From Chthoniobacteraceae bacterium (GTDB taxonomy: Bacteria > Verrucomicrobiota > Verrucomicrobiia > Chthoniobacterales > Chthoniobacteraceae), in NCBI GenBank assembly GCA_031409655.1, contig JANNXQ010000273.1:1-64000 (forward strand): a stretch of DNA of 64,000 nucleotides, written 5' to 3'. Below, one piece after another: positions 28,701-37,320 of this stretch. Below the pieces are notes generated by a model. It searched no databases. It was given only the letters and a program-made list of their open reading frames with translations, and had not been told where the DNA came from. Position numbers and translations under genes: made by a program. The stretch's first letter is position 1. Each line of letters starts with the position of its first letter.

Positions 28701-29134
28701 CCATCCACGCGAGCAACTTCGACGGCACCGCAGCCACCTTCGTCGATCAAATCGCCCTCCCGAATTACGACGACACCTACGCCCTCGATGGCGACACTGT
28801 CCTGCTCGGCCTGCGCGCAAATGACCCCAAGCCCAGCCGCATCGAAGCCTGGCAGCTCGACCCTTCCGGGAAATTCCAACTCGCCAGCGAGAACCCCGAG
28901 CCAAACATCGGCACCCTCAGCGTCATCCGCGGCCTGTTGGTCGTCGGCACTCTTGGCACCCGTCATTTCTACGATGTCACCGACGCCGCGCACTTCCGCG
29001 ACCTCGGCATCTTCCCAAATTTCACGCCCTCCTACTGGTCCACGGATTTGCGGAAAGCGGACGGTTCTCCGACTCGCGGCCTCTGGGAGCCGCTCGGAAA
29101 CTACGGCGTGGATTTCGTCCATTTCTCAAAGTAA
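25778..29134 (+). CDS. Secreted beta-propeller domain protein (Beta_propel/LVIVD-like repeats)
   Basis: VSESDIW, RGLQVFDITNP, GETVRATRF..RLYVVTF.QIDPLWVVDLS.P..P.LLGELEVPGFSSYI. Confidence 0.85.
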   Translation: MNPLAATVRVFVVLALLSLDLLSAGRAPGDSTVSRAAAIDSVRGRTVRVRVPAGFDSVTLERCTSVRLGQWQVVGTKATARTAGAVTFELPAAVSRRFLRVKAQVAARGLAGARLFLADPALASGGPFAVSDGLIKSGAGTLALSSSASAADGSETRTVSESDIWRLAGDRLYFFNELRGLQVFDITNPDDPALLGQMRAAGNGEEMYVLDATHVVLLTRGTRLMPLRVASSFAPYFGGNETSSVIVADVSKGVPTEAAAVEYRGSLRESRLVGSVLYVVSEVWNYSGATDQQHGLEVTSFDLSDPAHPVKRDTLFLGNWGGVITATDRYLFVVHYGADWQSSVIDIVDISSPTGVLVKRGQIATAGTVNDKFKMHLDGDIFTAISAIPRQWREGQWVNGIAPEDASRTKIETFSLTNPDAPAKLGSLELGVGETVRATRFDDKRLYVVTFFQIDPLWVVDLSQPATPTLLGELEVPGFSSYILPLGDRLVAIGRLGAQTAVSLFDVSDPAHPTALSQLPLGDGSSYSEANWTEKAFNVMPEENLIVVPYSGYEPGSGYANRVQLIDLQRNALVKRGVVEHGFAARRTAVKGNRLLAISATDLVTVNFNDRDKPVVTSAVEIAWRVDRVFLAGDHLVQIGGAADWTSTRQQTLTVSTATAPDTALTAVQLDAAPVVGASQRDGRLYVAQYKAAFYTAPDDIVGREKTNANVLQKASLTLSVFDLTSLPAIPRLAQTTSEVDLGYAHELTAAWPSAGVLVWVRQQAFRWGWPYPFYGDIGITRLPTARAVASPTVTLAASVASSSPGTDTPRISPTANTRLARSSAIAATSSLTIAPSSLRIAYPWWNYSTDGPEAVVFDVSNPTAPTLASKLELRTGTTGEWSEPFAAAGKLYVSSVAYEDFVTIGDKTTNADSTPSRRNRHFLKVVNLADPARPVTAPDVNIPGKLLGISNAGARLYTVGCRYEADGTPVANRAIHASNFDGTAATFVDQIALPNYDDTYALDGDTVLLGLRANDPKPSRIEAWQLDPSGKFQLASENPEPNIGTLSVIRGLLVVGTLGTRHFYDVTDAAHFRDLGIFPNFTPSYWSTDLRKADGSPTRGLWEPLGNYGVDFVHFSK

Positions 29135-29312
29135 CCGCGGTCTGGCCAGCGCCGGGGAATCATCCCTGCCGCGCGGCCCTTTGCGAGCGATCTGCCCACC
29201 GGTGGGCGTGTGGTTTGTGGATCTCTCTTCCGACGCTTGTCGAATGGGGATGAATCCATTTACCTCCCCCGGCTTCGCATCGCTGCCCACCGAATTTCAG
29301 ACCACGCTCTAA

Positions 29313-31529
29313 ATGCCAAAACGTCAGAAGAAGCCCGCCGGAAATCCGTCTCAGACACCAATCTCCAGCGATCAACCGGAACTGCCTTTGGATTCCGCAC
29401 CTGCGCGTGAGCCGGCAGCGGCGACCGCGGAAACGCCGGTGACCAGCGATGGTGCGGCCGCGGATGCACCCTTGGAGGCGGATGCCGACGCTCCACTGCC
29501 GACGGAGTTGGCTCTACCCAGGCGCAAGGAGGGCGAGAAGGTGCAGGATGAGCAGGCGCCGCTGGCCCAGAGCTACCGCAACTGGTTCCTCGAGTACGCC
29601 AGCTACGTGATCCTCGACCGCGCCGTACCGCACATCGACGACGGGCTGAAGCCCGTGCAGCGCCGGGTGCTGCACACGCTTTGGGACATGGACGACGGGC
29701 GCTTTCACAAGGTCGCCAATGTCGTCGGCGCGACGATGAAGCTGCATCCGCACGGCGATGCTTCCATCGGCGCGGCGCTCGTTTCCATCGGGCAGCGCGG
29801 GTGGCTCATCGAACCGCAGGGGAACTACGGGAACACGCTCACTGGCGACGATGCGGCCGCACCGCGATACATCGAGGCGCGGCTCACCGCCTTCGCGAAG
29901 GACGTGCTTTTCAATCCGAAGACGACGGCGTGGCAGCTCAGCTACGACGGGCGCAACAAGGAGCCGATCACGCTGCCGGCGAAATTTCCCATCGTCCTGC
30001 TCGAAGGCGCGGACGGGATCGCGGTCGGCCTCTCGACGAAGATTCTGCCGCACAATTTTAACGATCTCTGCCGCGCGGCAATCAATCATTTGCAGGGGAA
30101 AAATTTCCGCATCCTCCCCGACTTCCCGACTGGCGGCACCGCGGATTTTTCCGAATACAACGACGGCGAGCGCGGCGGCAAGGTGAAGGTGCGCGCCCAG
30201 ATCGAGGTGCGTTCGAAATACCTGCTCGCGGTCACCGAGTTGCCGTATGGCGTGACGACCGAGTCCCTCATCGAATCCGTGCTCGCGGCGAATGCGAAGG
30301 GCAAGATCAAGGTCAAGCATGTGGACGACAACACCGCAGACAAGGTCGAGATCCTCATCCATCTGCCGCCGGGCGCGGAGCCGGAGAAAGTCATCCAGCA
30401 GCTCTACGTCTTCACGAGTTGCCAGGTGCAGCTCAACCCTGCCGCGTGCGTCATCGTGCGCAACCCGGAGACGGGCGAGGACAAGCCGCATTTCCTCGGT
30501 GTACGCGACCTCCTCAAGACCAGCGCCGAGGCGACCAAGGCGCTGCTCAAGCGCGAACTCGAGATCAAACTCGGCGAACTCGAGCAGCAGTGGCATTGGG
30601 ATTCCCTGGAGCGCATTTTCATCGAGGAGCGCATCTACCGGAACATCGAGAAATCGAAGACCTGGGAGAGCGTGCTCGCGGAAATCCGCACGGGCCTGAA
30701 GCCTTTCCTCCAGCAACTCCGCCGCGAGGTGACTGAAGAAGACATCGTGCGCCTCACCGAGATCCGGATCAAACGCATCTCCGCCTACAATCGCTTTCAG
30801 GCCGACGAGGCCATGAAGAAAATCGAGCAAGGCATGAAGGACACAAAGGCGAACCTGAAGAACCTCACCGCTTACGCCATCGCATGGTTCGAGATGCTCC
30901 AGGAAAAATACGGCAAGGGCATCAAGCGCCGCACGAGCTACGACGAGATCGCGCAGATCGATGCTTCCGCCGTCGTCTCCGCCAATCAGCGCCTCTACGT
31001 CAACCGCACCGACGGCTTCATCGGCCTCAACTGGCGCCAGCACGAATTCGTCACCGAATGCACCATTCTCGATAGCGTCCTGACCATCATGAAGGACGGC
31101 TCGCTCAAAGTCGCAAAAGTCGCCGACAAGATTTTCATGGGCCGCGAAATCCTGCACCTCGCCATCTGGCCGAAAGACGGCGATCCAAACTTTTACACGA
31201 TGGTCTATCAGGACGGCGCAACCGGGAAGGCCTTCGCCAAGAAATTCCAAATCGGCGGCCTCTCCCGCGACAAGCTCTACCAACTCGGGAAGAGCGAAAA
31301 CTCGCGCATCATCTACCTGCACATCGCGGCCACGGAAAAGGCGATGCCCGGGACGCTCCACGTCGCGCTGGATGGCCGCAGCGGCGCGCGGGTCCGTGAG
31401 TTGGATGTCGATCTGACTTCGGTGCCCGTGAGCAGCCGCACGGCGAAAGGCGTCACGGTCACCAAGTGGGCGATCAAAGAAGTGAAGGCCAGCGACTCAT
31501 CACCACCGCGGACGCGCACCAGGAAATGA
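29313..31529 (+). CDS. parC: Type IIA topoisomerase A subunit (topoisomerase IV ParC-like, short C-terminal domain)
   Basis: DRAVPHIDDGLKPVQRR, HPHGDASI, catalytic AAPRYIEARL; no GyrA box seen. Confidence 0.85.
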   Translation: MPKRQKKPAGNPSQTPISSDQPELPLDSAPAREPAAATAETPVTSDGAAADAPLEADADAPLPTELALPRRKEGEKVQDEQAPLAQSYRNWFLEYASYVILDRAVPHIDDGLKPVQRRVLHTLWDMDDGRFHKVANVVGATMKLHPHGDASIGAALVSIGQRGWLIEPQGNYGNTLTGDDAAAPRYIEARLTAFAKDVLFNPKTTAWQLSYDGRNKEPITLPAKFPIVLLEGADGIAVGLSTKILPHNFNDLCRAAINHLQGKNFRILPDFPTGGTADFSEYNDGERGGKVKVRAQIEVRSKYLLAVTELPYGVTTESLIESVLAANAKGKIKVKHVDDNTADKVEILIHLPPGAEPEKVIQQLYVFTSCQVQLNPAACVIVRNPETGEDKPHFLGVRDLLKTSAEATKALLKRELEIKLGELEQQWHWDSLERIFIEERIYRNIEKSKTWESVLAEIRTGLKPFLQQLRREVTEEDIVRLTEIRIKRISAYNRFQADEAMKKIEQGMKDTKANLKNLTAYAIAWFEMLQEKYGKGIKRRTSYDEIAQIDASAVVSANQRLYVNRTDGFIGLNWRQHEFVTECTILDSVLTIMKDGSLKVAKVADKIFMGREILHLAIWPKDGDPNFYTMVYQDGATGKAFAKKFQIGGLSRDKLYQLGKSENSRIIYLHIAATEKAMPGTLHVALDGRSGARVRELDVDLTSVPVSSRTAKGVTVTKWAIKEVKASDSSPPRTRTRK

Positions 31530-31599
31530 TGGCCAGAGCCGCGCATCTCGTCACGTCGGCGACCTCACTCCAGCACTGGCCTGGGCAGGCCGAACGGGC

Positions 31600-32172
31600 T
31601 CAGTCCTTGAATGAACACTCCTGGCGCAGGCTCTTGGTCAGCATTCGCCCGTAGGTCTTGAGGGGGATTTCGCGGGCGCCAAATTGCCGCAGATGCGGGG
31701 TCGTCCATTGCGTATCGAGCAGGGAGTAGCCGCGTTCGCGCAAACGCACGACCAGCGCGTGGAGCGCGACCTTGGAGGCATCCGTGATTTCGTGAAACAT
31801 CGACTCGCCGAAAAAGGCCCCGCCGATCGAGACCCCGTAGAGTCCGCCAGCCAGCGCGCCGGCGCGCCATGCCTCCACGGAATGCGCAAAGCCGAGGCGG
31901 TGCAGATTCACGTAGCTGGCAATGATCTCTTCATTGATCCAGGTCTCGTCGCGTTCCGCGCACTTTCGCATGACGGTCTCGAAGCCCGCGTCGATGCGGA
32001 TTTCAAACTCCGCCTTTTTCAGCACGCGCCGCAACCCGTGGGGAACGTGAAATTCCTCCAGTGGGATGATCGCGCGCGGATCGGGCGAGAACCAGCCGAT
32101 CTCCCCGTCTGGCATGGCCATCGGGAAGGCGGCTTGGGCGTAGGCGTTGAGGAGGAGTTCCGCGTCGATCAC
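31600..32172 (-). CDS. aat: Leucyl/phenylalanyl-tRNA--protein transferase
   Basis: AY...FPM, WFSPDPRA, TWI, AHSVEAW...LAGGLYGVSIGGAFFGESMF, DASKVAL; GTG 32172. Confidence 0.95.
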   Translation of the reverse strand: MIDAELLLNAYAQAAFPMAMPDGEIGWFSPDPRAIIPLEEFHVPHGLRRVLKKAEFEIRIDAGFETVMRKCAERDETWINEEIIASYVNLHRLGFAHSVEAWRAGALAGGLYGVSIGGAFFGESMFHEITDASKVALHALVVRLRERGYSLLDTQWTTPHLRQFGAREIPLKTYGRMLTKSLRQECSFKD

Positions 32173-32268
32173 TGGTGGTTGGGAATGAGGCGAGGGGCCA
32201 TTGAGGTGCCGTATCTCATGGCACTTTCCCCTTTCACTTGTCACTCCTTCCGCCGTATCACGGAGGGC

Positions 32269-32448
32269 ATGAAAATATCCTTTGCGATGATCCTGGTGGC
32301 CGCTGCGGCCTTTGCTTCGGCGGGATGCGAGACGGACGTGGCGCCCGCGCCGCCCAAACCGCAGCTCGGTCGCGTACCCGGACAGATCGTGCAACCAGAC
32401 CGCTCCGAAGATCCCGTCATCCGCGAGAATACCCGCGTCGGCTACTAG
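32269..32448 (+). CDS. Small putative lipoprotein (59 aa)
   Basis: GGAGGG just before [23 protein letters not shown] lipobox; ends 1 nt before the guaA ATG. Confidence 0.65.
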   Translation: MKISFAMILVAAAAFASAGCETDVAPAPPKPQLGRVPGQIVQPDRSEDPVIRENTRVGY

Positions 32449-32449
32449 G

Positions 32450-34027
32450 ATGGCCGGCCCGATGGTTTCCAAGATCGTCATCCTCGACTTCGGCTCGCAG
32501 TACACGCAGGTCATCGCCCGGCGGGTGCGCGAGTTTCAGGTCTATTCGCACATCATCCCGCACAACACTCCGGCGGAGGAAATCCGCACGCTGGAGCCGA
32601 GCGGGATCATTCTCAGCGGCAGTCCCTGCAGCGTGTACCAGAAGGATGCGCCGCATCCGGATCTCGGCGTCTTCGCCCTTGGCGTACCCATCCTCGGCAT
32701 CTGCTACGGTATGCAGCTCATGGGCCATCATCTCGGCGGCAAAGTGGAGCACAGCGATCGCCGGGAGTACGGCAGTGGCTTACTCCATGTGAAAGACTCC
32801 GCGTGTGCGCTTTTCCAGGCCCTGCCCGAGCAACTCGACATCTGGAATAGTCACGGCGACAAACTCACAAAACTCCCGCGCGGCTTCCGCACGGTGGCGG
32901 TCACGGACAACTCGCCATTCGCCGCCATCGAGCATCCGAAGAAGAAATTCTACGGCCTGCAATTTCACCCCGAGGTGGTCCACAGCCCCCGCGGCAAGGA
33001 GCTGCTCGCAAATTTCGTGTACGAGATCTGCGGCTGCAAAATGGATTGGACGATGGGCAGCTTCATCGACCAGACCTGCGCGCAAGTGCGCGCGCAGGTG
33101 GGCAAGGATCATGTGATCCTCGGACTCAGCGGCGGCGTGGATTCCAGCGTCGCGGCGGCCCTCCTGCACAAGGCCATCGGCGACCAACTCACCTGCGTCT
33201 TTGTCAATAATGGGCTGCTGCGCGAGAACGAGGCCGGCGCGGTGCAGCGTCTTTTTGGCGATCACTTCCACATGAAGCTGAAGTATGTGGATGCGAGCAC
33301 ACGCTTCCTCAAAAAACTGAAGGGCGTCACTGATCCCGAGAAAAAGCGCAAGATCATCGGCGTGGAGTTTGTCCGGGTCTTTGAGGACGCGGTGAAATCG
33401 CTGACGAAAGGATCGGGTCCATCCGCGCCGAAGTACAAGTTCCTCGCGCAAGGGACACTTTATCCGGACGTGATCGAGAGCGTGGCCATCGCGGGAAATC
33501 CGGCGGCACTCATCAAGAGCCATCACAATGTCGGCGGCTTGCCGAAGAACATGAAGTTCAAGCTCGTGGAGCCGCTCCGGCAGCTTTTCAAAGACGAGGT
33601 CCGCGAAGTGGGCGCCCAGCTCGGCCTGCCGAAAGAGATCGTGCAGCGCCAGCCCTTCCCCGGTCCCGGACTCGCGGTGCGCATCCTCGGCGCGCTCAGC
33701 CCGGACAATCTCCGCATACTGCGGGAAGCGGACGCCATCGTCGTGAGCGAGATGAAGGCGAGCGATTGGTACTATCGCGTGTGGCAGAGCTTCGCCGTGC
33801 TGCTGCCGGTGCGTAGCGTCGGCGTCATGGGCGACGAGCGGACTTATGCCCAGACCATCGCGCTCCGCGTCGTGGAAAGTCAGGACGGCATGACCGCGGA
33901 TTGGGTGCGGCTGCCCTACGACCTCCTGGCCAAAATCTCCACGCGCATCATCAATGAAGTGAAGGGCGTGAACCGCGTCGTTTTCGACATCAGCTCGAAG
34001 CCGCCGGCGACGATCGAGTGGGAGTGA
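32450..34027 (+). CDS. guaA: GMP synthase (glutamine-hydrolysing)
   Basis: [48 protein letters not shown]. Start is 32450 or 32462. Confidence 0.98.
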   Translation: MAGPMVSKIVILDFGSQYTQVIARRVREFQVYSHIIPHNTPAEEIRTLEPSGIILSGSPCSVYQKDAPHPDLGVFALGVPILGICYGMQLMGHHLGGKVEHSDRREYGSGLLHVKDSACALFQALPEQLDIWNSHGDKLTKLPRGFRTVAVTDNSPFAAIEHPKKKFYGLQFHPEVVHSPRGKELLANFVYEICGCKMDWTMGSFIDQTCAQVRAQVGKDHVILGLSGGVDSSVAAALLHKAIGDQLTCVFVNNGLLRENEAGAVQRLFGDHFHMKLKYVDASTRFLKKLKGVTDPEKKRKIIGVEFVRVFEDAVKSLTKGSGPSAPKYKFLAQGTLYPDVIESVAIAGNPAALIKSHHNVGGLPKNMKFKLVEPLRQLFKDEVREVGAQLGLPKEIVQRQPFPGPGLAVRILGALSPDNLRILREADAIVVSEMKASDWYYRVWQSFAVLLPVRSVGVMGDERTYAQTIALRVVESQDGMTADWVRLPYDLLAKISTRIINEVKGVNRVVFDISSKPPATIEWE

Positions 34028-34119
34028 GCGGAGGGGCTTCGTCCTCGTCCTCGAACCGCAAGCTGGCGAGCTTTCCCTTGACCCGGCACCGGGCCGCTCC
34101 TAGTAATCGCGTCGTGAAT

Positions 34120-34196
34120 CGGGCTGTGGCTCAGCTTGGTAGAGCGCCTGTCTCGGGTGCAGGAGGCCGCGGGTTCGAATCCCGCCAGCCCGACCA
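34120..34196 (+). tRNA. tRNA-Pro(CGG)
   Basis: Acceptor CGGGCTG/CAGCCCG-ACCA, anticodon loop CT CGG GT, T-loop GTTCGAAT; CCA encoded. Confidence 0.96.
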
Positions 34197-34260
34197 CTTT
34201 CACGGGAAAGTGGGCGATGAAAAACAAGCTCGGAGGGGGATAACGGCTTTCCGACTCAGG

Positions 34261-34340
34261 GGGCGTCTAAAAGGTCCGCTTCTTCCTCTTAATCTTCCTC
34301 CCGCTGAGTGAGAATAAGGAAGAGGAAGAAGCAGACACCC
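34261..34340. repeat. Pyrimidine/purine hexamer-type inverted repeat, possibly a bidirectional terminator
   Basis: GCTTCTTCCTCTT (34278-34290) / AAGAGGAAGAAGC (34320-34332) perfect 13 bp; outer GGGCGTCT/AGACACCC. Confidence 0.7.
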
Positions 34341-34342
34341 TC

Positions 34343-37264
34343 TCAGGGAATCTCGACCCGTAGCAAGGCCTGGCTCTTGTCGGCAAAGCTCGCGAGCAGC
34401 GCGATGGAACCCGTGGAGTTGAAGCTGCGCGATGTGCCGAAAACGCCTGGTGCGGCATTGAGGAGGGTCATCGCGGTGAGTGCGGAACCGGATGGACCGC
34501 GGGGTTCCGAAGTGCGCAGGAGTCGACGGAGCGTGCCGAGCGAATCCACGGCCCAGAGCCCGAGTCGGTTCTTCGCGTTCGTGTCGCCACCGCTGGTCTC
34601 GGCGAGGAAAACGACGCCTGCGCTCGGACCGCCCGGCAGTGCATGGCTGACGAATTTGCTCCACCCTGCCTCCGTGAGGACGCCGTCCGAGTCAGGCACC
34701 GGAGCGCCAAGGCGCGCGACGAGCTGCGGCCCAGTGGGAAGTCCGGCGAAAAGCGCCGTCTTATTGCCCGCACTGACCGCGGTGCCCTTGAGCGTGGCGA
34801 GAAAGGCGACGCGGCCGCCATCATTGACCACCGGATCGAAGAAGGTGGCGTAGGTCTGGCCGGACTGTGCCACCGCGGCTTGGACGTTTTCGCGCGCGAC
34901 GATGCTCCACGCGTTCCCATCGGTGCTGAAGAGCAGCGCGGCATCGTCCACGGTGGAGATGCCGCCGAGCTTCGGCTGGAGGGAGGCGGAGACCACGCAG
35001 CCCGCGCCTTCGCCGCCGATGGCCGGAAGCCCGAATGACTTCCAGCGCGCGCCGAGCGTGACGGGCGTCGCCTCGAGCGCCGTGGAAAGGAGCTGCGTCA
35101 CGGTGCCATCGGGCGCGATTTTCACCACAAGGGTCCGCGCGTCCAGGAGCGTTACTTTCGCGACGACGACGCCATCCGCCTGCGAGCGACCGTGACCCGG
35201 CGAACCGAGCGCCGGGCTCAGCACGCTGATGGTTTTGATCTTCGAGCCCGGAAAGCCGTTGAGTTCGCTGCCTTCGCGCAGCAATACGGTGGCCGCACTC
35301 GCGCTCGTCATCAGGAGCAAGACGGAGTCGTTAGCCGCGGTCACCAGGCCACGCGCCGCGCAGAGGCTCAGGAGCGCGAGCACTTCGCCATCGCGCACGG
35401 AGAGACTCGCCACCGCTTTGAGCTTCGCCCCCGTGGGCAGGCCCGGCACCTCGCTGCCCTCGCGCAGCGCGAGTTCCAGCGTGGCCCCGAAAGCATCTGT
35501 CCAGACGCCAGTGTCCGCCGAGGTCTTGACGCCCCCACCCTGCAACGTCCCGGCGAAAGCGACGGCCCCACCGGGCGCGATCACGGGATCGAGGAAGCTC
35601 TTGAAGGTCGTGCCCGCGGTCGAGATTCCGGGTGCCGCGCCGCCCTGGTAAGCCACCAAAGTCTGCACCCCACCATTTTCAAGAATGATGCCGGCGAGCG
35701 ACCTGCGACCGGCCAGCAGTGACACCCGTGCCGCCAGCTTGCGCACATCGCTCAGGGCCGGAGGACCGAATGTCTTGATGATGGCTTCCGCGGGGAGCGT
35801 CCCAGTCCCGGCACCGGGTGCAGCTTCGCCGCTCTTCAGGCGCTCCGTCACCATCGTGGCGATGGGTCGGAGGAAGGCCACCGTCACCAGGAAAGTTTGC
35901 GTGCCCGTGTTGTTCGCGGCGTCCCTGGCCGTCACCGTCACCGTCGTCGTCCCGACCGGAAAGTTCGTCCCGCTCTCTTTTGAGTACGTCACGCTCGCCA
36001 CGCCCACCGCATCCGAAACCGTAGCCACGGGATAGTCCACCACTGCGCCCGCCGTGCTCGTTGCATCCACCAACTGATTCCCCGGCGGCGTCACCACCGG
36101 CGCCGTCGTGTCGCGCACCCGCACGACGAAGCTCCCGGAAACCTGCGCCCCACTCGTTTCCGTGGCGCTCGCGTTCACCGTCGTCTCTCCGATTGCAAAG
36201 CTGCTCCCGTTCGCTGGCGTCACCGTCGGAGTGAGCGCGCCCCCCTGGCCATCGGCCGCCGTCACGGTGAATTCCACAACGGCCCCCGCACTTGACGTGG
36301 CCTCCCGGATCACCGGCGATCCGGGCAAGGTCAGCGTCGGTAGCGCGTTAGCTGACACGCGGAAAGTATCCTGCACGGCGTTCCCGTTACTGTCGGTGGC
36401 CGTCACCGTCAGGTCTGCGAATCCGGACTGCCCGGCGCTTATGGCAAGGTTCAGGGCACTCCCGGAAACGGTCGCCGCGACCAACGCCGGATTCGTGTTC
36501 GTCGCCGAGAAAGTGACGACAGAATTCTGACCCGCCGTTGTAGGAAAAACGGGCACGGCCTCGGCCGCCGCCACATTGACAAAGTTCACGCGCAGCGGCA
36601 GGCCAATCCCTGAGTAGCCGATGACGGGCAAGGTCATAAATGCGCCGCCGAAGTTACCTGTGGGGAGCGCGGCAATCGCGTCAACAACAGTCATACCGCT
36701 ACCTGTTACTCGGCCAAATACTGCATATCCGCCAGCGTTTGCAGCGCCGAGAGAGGTGGTGTTGTCGTCGGTGTTGATAAACCATTGGCTCGTGGCGCTG
36801 TTGAGCACATCAGTCCTAGCCATCGCGATCGTTCCCCGGACGTTTGGCAGATTGTACTCAAGAACGATCGGGGGGTCGCTCGCGATTGAGCCGACAGTTG
36901 TCGGATTGTCTCCGGTCACTCTAAAGCCGCCCCCTTGAATGACGCCCAAGCCCTTGTCCGAGCGATGGATGAAGGTATTCGCGTAACGCCCACCATTCAC
37001 GTAGGTCAGGAAGTTTGGAACCGACACCGGCGCGGCCGCCGGAAGCATCTCCAAATTGTACATGCCCAGGCTCGTCCGGAACTGCACCACCTGCCCCACA
37101 ATATCCGTGACCTCGAAGTGATCCCGCAGATCGATCGACGCCGACGGCATCCCCGGGGTGATTGCGGTATCTGGGAGCGGCGCCTTGATCGTCGGCAGAT
37201 CAGTCGCGCGCAGCGGGCTCTGGATGGCGAGGGTCAGCGCGAGGATCGCTGGGAGGAAACGCAT
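34343..37264 (-). CDS. Secreted multidomain protein: cyclophilin-like PPIase in an Ig-like domain, two HYR-like domains, C-terminal beta-repeat region
   Basis: Signal MRFLPAILALTLA; HRS...IQGGG, RGTIAMART, SATSQWFIN, GYAVFG; HYR pattern GS.F.IG.TTV..DTTAP; repeated 'FxDPV..GG.VAF.ATL.G' units. Confidence 0.85.
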   Translation of the reverse strand: MRFLPAILALTLAIQSPLRATDLPTIKAPLPDTAITPGMPSASIDLRDHFEVTDIVGQVVQFRTSLGMYNLEMLPAAAPVSVPNFLTYVNGGRYANTFIHRSDKGLGVIQGGGFRVTGDNPTTVGSIASDPPIVLEYNLPNVRGTIAMARTDVLNSATSQWFINTDDNTTSLGAANAGGYAVFGRVTGSGMTVVDAIAALPTGNFGGAFMTLPVIGYSGIGLPLRVNFVNVAAAEAVPVFPTTAGQNSVVTFSATNTNPALVAATVSGSALNLAISAGQSGFADLTVTATDSNGNAVQDTFRVSANALPTLTLPGSPVIREATSSAGAVVEFTVTAADGQGGALTPTVTPANGSSFAIGETTVNASATETSGAQVSGSFVVRVRDTTAPVVTPPGNQLVDATSTAGAVVDYPVATVSDAVGVASVTYSKESGTNFPVGTTTVTVTARDAANNTGTQTFLVTVAFLRPIATMVTERLKSGEAAPGAGTGTLPAEAIIKTFGPPALSDVRKLAARVSLLAGRRSLAGIILENGGVQTLVAYQGGAAPGISTAGTTFKSFLDPVIAPGGAVAFAGTLQGGGVKTSADTGVWTDAFGATLELALREGSEVPGLPTGAKLKAVASLSVRDGEVLALLSLCAARGLVTAANDSVLLLMTSASAATVLLREGSELNGFPGSKIKTISVLSPALGSPGHGRSQADGVVVAKVTLLDARTLVVKIAPDGTVTQLLSTALEATPVTLGARWKSFGLPAIGGEGAGCVVSASLQPKLGGISTVDDAALLFSTDGNAWSIVARENVQAAVAQSGQTYATFFDPVVNDGGRVAFLATLKGTAVSAGNKTALFAGLPTGPQLVARLGAPVPDSDGVLTEAGWSKFVSHALPGGPSAGVVFLAETSGGDTNAKNRLGLWAVDSLGTLRRLLRTSEPRGPSGSALTAMTLLNAAPGVFGTSRSFNSTGSIALLASFADKSQALLRVEIP

Positions 37265-37320
37265 CGGACCGATGATACACGAGAAGGGCTCAATCGCAAC
37301 CGGGCCGAAGCGGAACGCCC

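Noticed and set aside
33990..34340. Integrative element at the guaA 3' end or tRNA-Pro
   Set aside because: Both are known integration hotspot types, but I found no integrase or att duplication.
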